From Blastocystis sp. Blastoise (lineage: Eukaryota; Protista; Bigyra: Opalinata): a DNA stretch of 64,000 nucleotides. Each line of letters opens with the position of its first letter. Position 1 is the first letter of the stretch. Positions 61,139-64,000 of the stretch are shown one piece after another. A program made the position numbers and the translations under genes. The notes below the pieces were generated by a model. That model was not told the DNA's origin, did no database searches, and worked only from the letters and a program-made list of their open reading frames with translations. The stretch is taken from NCBI GenBank assembly GCA_039096225.1, contig JBBPEB010000005.1:62001-126000 (forward strand), given 5' to 3'.

Positions 61139-64000
61139 TCTTATTAATTTTTCATATTTTTTATTAATAACTATAAAGATCAATGTTCTAAAAAATGAGT
61201 AATAATAATATATTTACAGTGTATTTCAATAATAGTAATCACTTCTATATATAGATATCGTCCTTCTGCCTTAGAAGTATTGACACATCCCTCCGTCTGG
61301 TCGCGTGCACGTGCTCATTATCCGGATCTCCTCCAATCAATTCAGCAGGATATCGAGTATTCCGCATTTGTTCATAAACATATGTTAATATCCTATGAAA
61401 AATCATTATATTCAGAATCAACTTCCAATACTATACTAAAAGAGAATAACTATATGAATAGTCATGATTCTCAACATATGAATAAATCAAGATATAATGA
61501 TATTAACAAGGAAACAGAATTAAAACGTCGCATGGATATTTATAATCAATTTAATATGAGTACTGTGAATGAAGAAACTCTCCATTCTCAAGCTAGTGTG
61601 CATTCTATACAAGATAATTCGACTCGAAATAACTCAGATAGAAATAGATATAAATCGATTAAAGAAGACAAATCTATTGTATCAACAGACTCAACGGATT
61701 TCGTTCATTCTAAAGAACGAACACAGATTTTTCCTCTTTCAAATACTATTAATCGTTATGTTCAATTACAAAACCATCACTCCAATGCTAAAGGTATATA
61801 GAATTAATATATTAGAGAATAATGATACTATTATTATTTTATTTATTATATATATTTAAAGTATTACTAAATAATTATTTTTATGTATCCTATAGAAGAG
61901 CAGTCAGTTATTCCTCTATCTTCTGATAATCATAAGATTACTCTCGATACAACTAGGAGACAGCCTTTTATTGAAACGGATAGCAGTACTAGTCATAGTG
62001 ATATAAATAATAATATTATGAATAATATCTCAGATATTAATATGAATAATAATGGTGATATGAATAATAATATGAATAATAATATGAATAATAATGGTGA
62101 TATGAATAATAATATGAATAATAATGATATCTCTGATAATAATAATTGTGATCTGAATAATAATGATATGTCAGATAATAATAATGGTGATATGAAAAAT
62201 AGCGATATCTCAGATAATGATATCTCAGATAAAAATACTACTACTAATATTACTATGGATGATATTACTTCTAATAATCATCCCTTACAAGATTCAGATA
62301 CTATTTATAAGCAAATACCAAAACAGATTAATTCTTCTGAATTACCTACGTTGACTCTTTCTCCTTCTTCTATTTCTACTTCTTCCTCTTACAAACAATA
62401 TATCAATCCCCAAAGTGTCTTAAAACAGCATGTATCACATACCAAGGAACACCTTGACTCTCTCTATATATCAGATATAAATGAATACACTCGTAATCCT
62501 CAATCTCCTTTAGTTTCTATTCCTCACAATGAGAATTATACTCTAAATAATAACCACTCTTCTTTATTTCCCATTCCAACAGATACTGTAGTATTCTCTG
62601 AAAATCAAGAAATAATAGAGAATGAAAAAGAAATGAAGAAGAATTCATCTGAAAAGCCTAAAGTAACTATATCTGTTTTACCTTCTCTTGCGAATCAAGT
62701 AAATAATCCATCAAATAAACAATCAAGTATATATATATCATAATATATCATATGTATAATATATACTGTATAACTCATCAGAATTCTTATTTATATATGT
62801 AATAATAAATATATATAAAACTCTTTGTGATACTATTAATATTTATAATTATCTATATATATAATACTCATAGTATTCCTTTCTATATATATATAATACT
62901 CATAGTATTCCTTTCTATATATATATAATACTCATAGTATTCCTTTCTATATATATATAATACTCAGTATTCCTTTCTATATATATATAATACTCATAGT
63001 ATTCCTTTCTATATATAGATACATCATGGATAAATGACCCACGGTTATTGGCTCCAAAGGATCCTCAGGAACTGAAAGAAGCTCTCGTTTATTATATGAA
63101 GACCCTTAAGGAAGAAGATAAACCCTTAGAACCTGTGTCTATTCATGGAAAGAAAAGACCTATATTAGGATTAAACTCGAATGGAGAAATCGAATTTCGA
63201 TTAGAAACCTCTTCTGATGATGATAGTGATACTATAAATAATAATAATAATATGAATAATAATGATATGAATAATAATAATAATATGAATAATAATAATA
63301 ATAATATGAATAATAATAATATGAATAATAATAATAATAATATGAATAATAATAATAATAATAGTAAGAAGAAGAGTAAAGAAGAAGAATTAAAGTCTAT
63401 TGTACCTGTCTATTCTCCATATAAAGAGAAGCCCAAAGTAACTATACGTGTTCTTAAAGAACAAAAAAAAGAGGATTTGAAGAAAAAACAAATTATTTCA
63501 AAAATGATTCCTGTAACTCAAACGAGTATATATAATAATAATAATAATTCTACTTCTTCTTCTTCTTATGGTTCTACTAGTAGTAATAACAGTAATAATA
63601 GTAATTCTACTATATCTATGGATGATAATACATATAATAATAATTCATATTCTTCTTTAAGTTATATACATAATAATAATAGTGATGATGATGATGATGA
63701 TGATGATCCTTCGAAACATCATCATTTTGATGAGTTCAACTATATATATAGATCACAAGAAGATCAAGATAATCAAGAGAATCAAGAGGATCAAGAGGAT
63801 CAAGAGAATCAGCATAAATTACGAAAAGAAGAAAGTCGTTTAATGAAGAAACGTCGTGCTATGTCTTCGAGACAAAAAGATACTATTGATTATAATGAAC
63901 CATATCCTAATTGTTATACTGCTCATCAACGTCGCAAAGTACATCGATTGACAGTTCGATTATTTCCTGAATTATATACAGAAGAAGAGAGAGAAAGTGT
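59872..64000 (+). CDS. NIMA-related kinase (NEK) with long Asn-rich C-terminal extension; 3' end lies outside the window
   Basis: [63 protein letters not shown]; frame stays open from about 63019 to the window end. Confidence 0.9.
62850..63018 (+). repeat. Intronic tandem repeat, about 31-35 nt unit, about 5 copies
   Basis: Repeated CTATATATATATAATACTCATAGTATTCCTTT just upstream of the NEK acceptor. Confidence 0.8.

Overview
Very AT-rich, gene-dense nuclear DNA of a microbial eukaryote. The gene content and a recurrent TTCCCRYGGGAA-type motif are reminiscent of a Blastocystis-like stramenopile, but that assignment is only an inference. I reconstructed 24 spliced protein-coding genes by hand (the last runs off the window) plus one tRNA-Ser(UGA). 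They include two atypical MAP kinases, CCDC174, a choline/ethanolamine phosphotransferase, AMPK-gamma, H2A.Z, PDH E1-alpha, MnmE/GTPBP3, kinesin-14, an APC5-like protein, an SBDS-family protein, DBP2/DDX5, TRM13, mitoribosomal uS5m, a PDI, p24, INTS11, cyclin C, an ELP5-like protein, TRAP-alpha, a TTC4/Cns1-MYND fusion and a NEK kinase. Roughly 120 introns follow a GTATAT...TATAG consensus and are inflated by (TA)n/(TAT)n microsatellites; most long I/Y/L/N-rich ORFs in the ORF track are these introns. Main signal: about 11 introns in 8 genes cannot restore the conserved protein with GT/GC-AG ends (apparent ends GT-AT, GT-AA, GT-TA, GT-CA, CT-AG, TT-AG, GA-AG). In most of them the aberrant bases copy the neighbouring exon, so this is relaxed splice-site chemistry, cDNA-templated junction conversion, or an RNA-seq polishing artefact. 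Other highlights are a 916-nt structured intron in DBP2 flanked by GC-rich exons, an identical GC-rich 20-mer read on opposite strands in two unrelated genes, and functionally matched head-to-head gene pairs.
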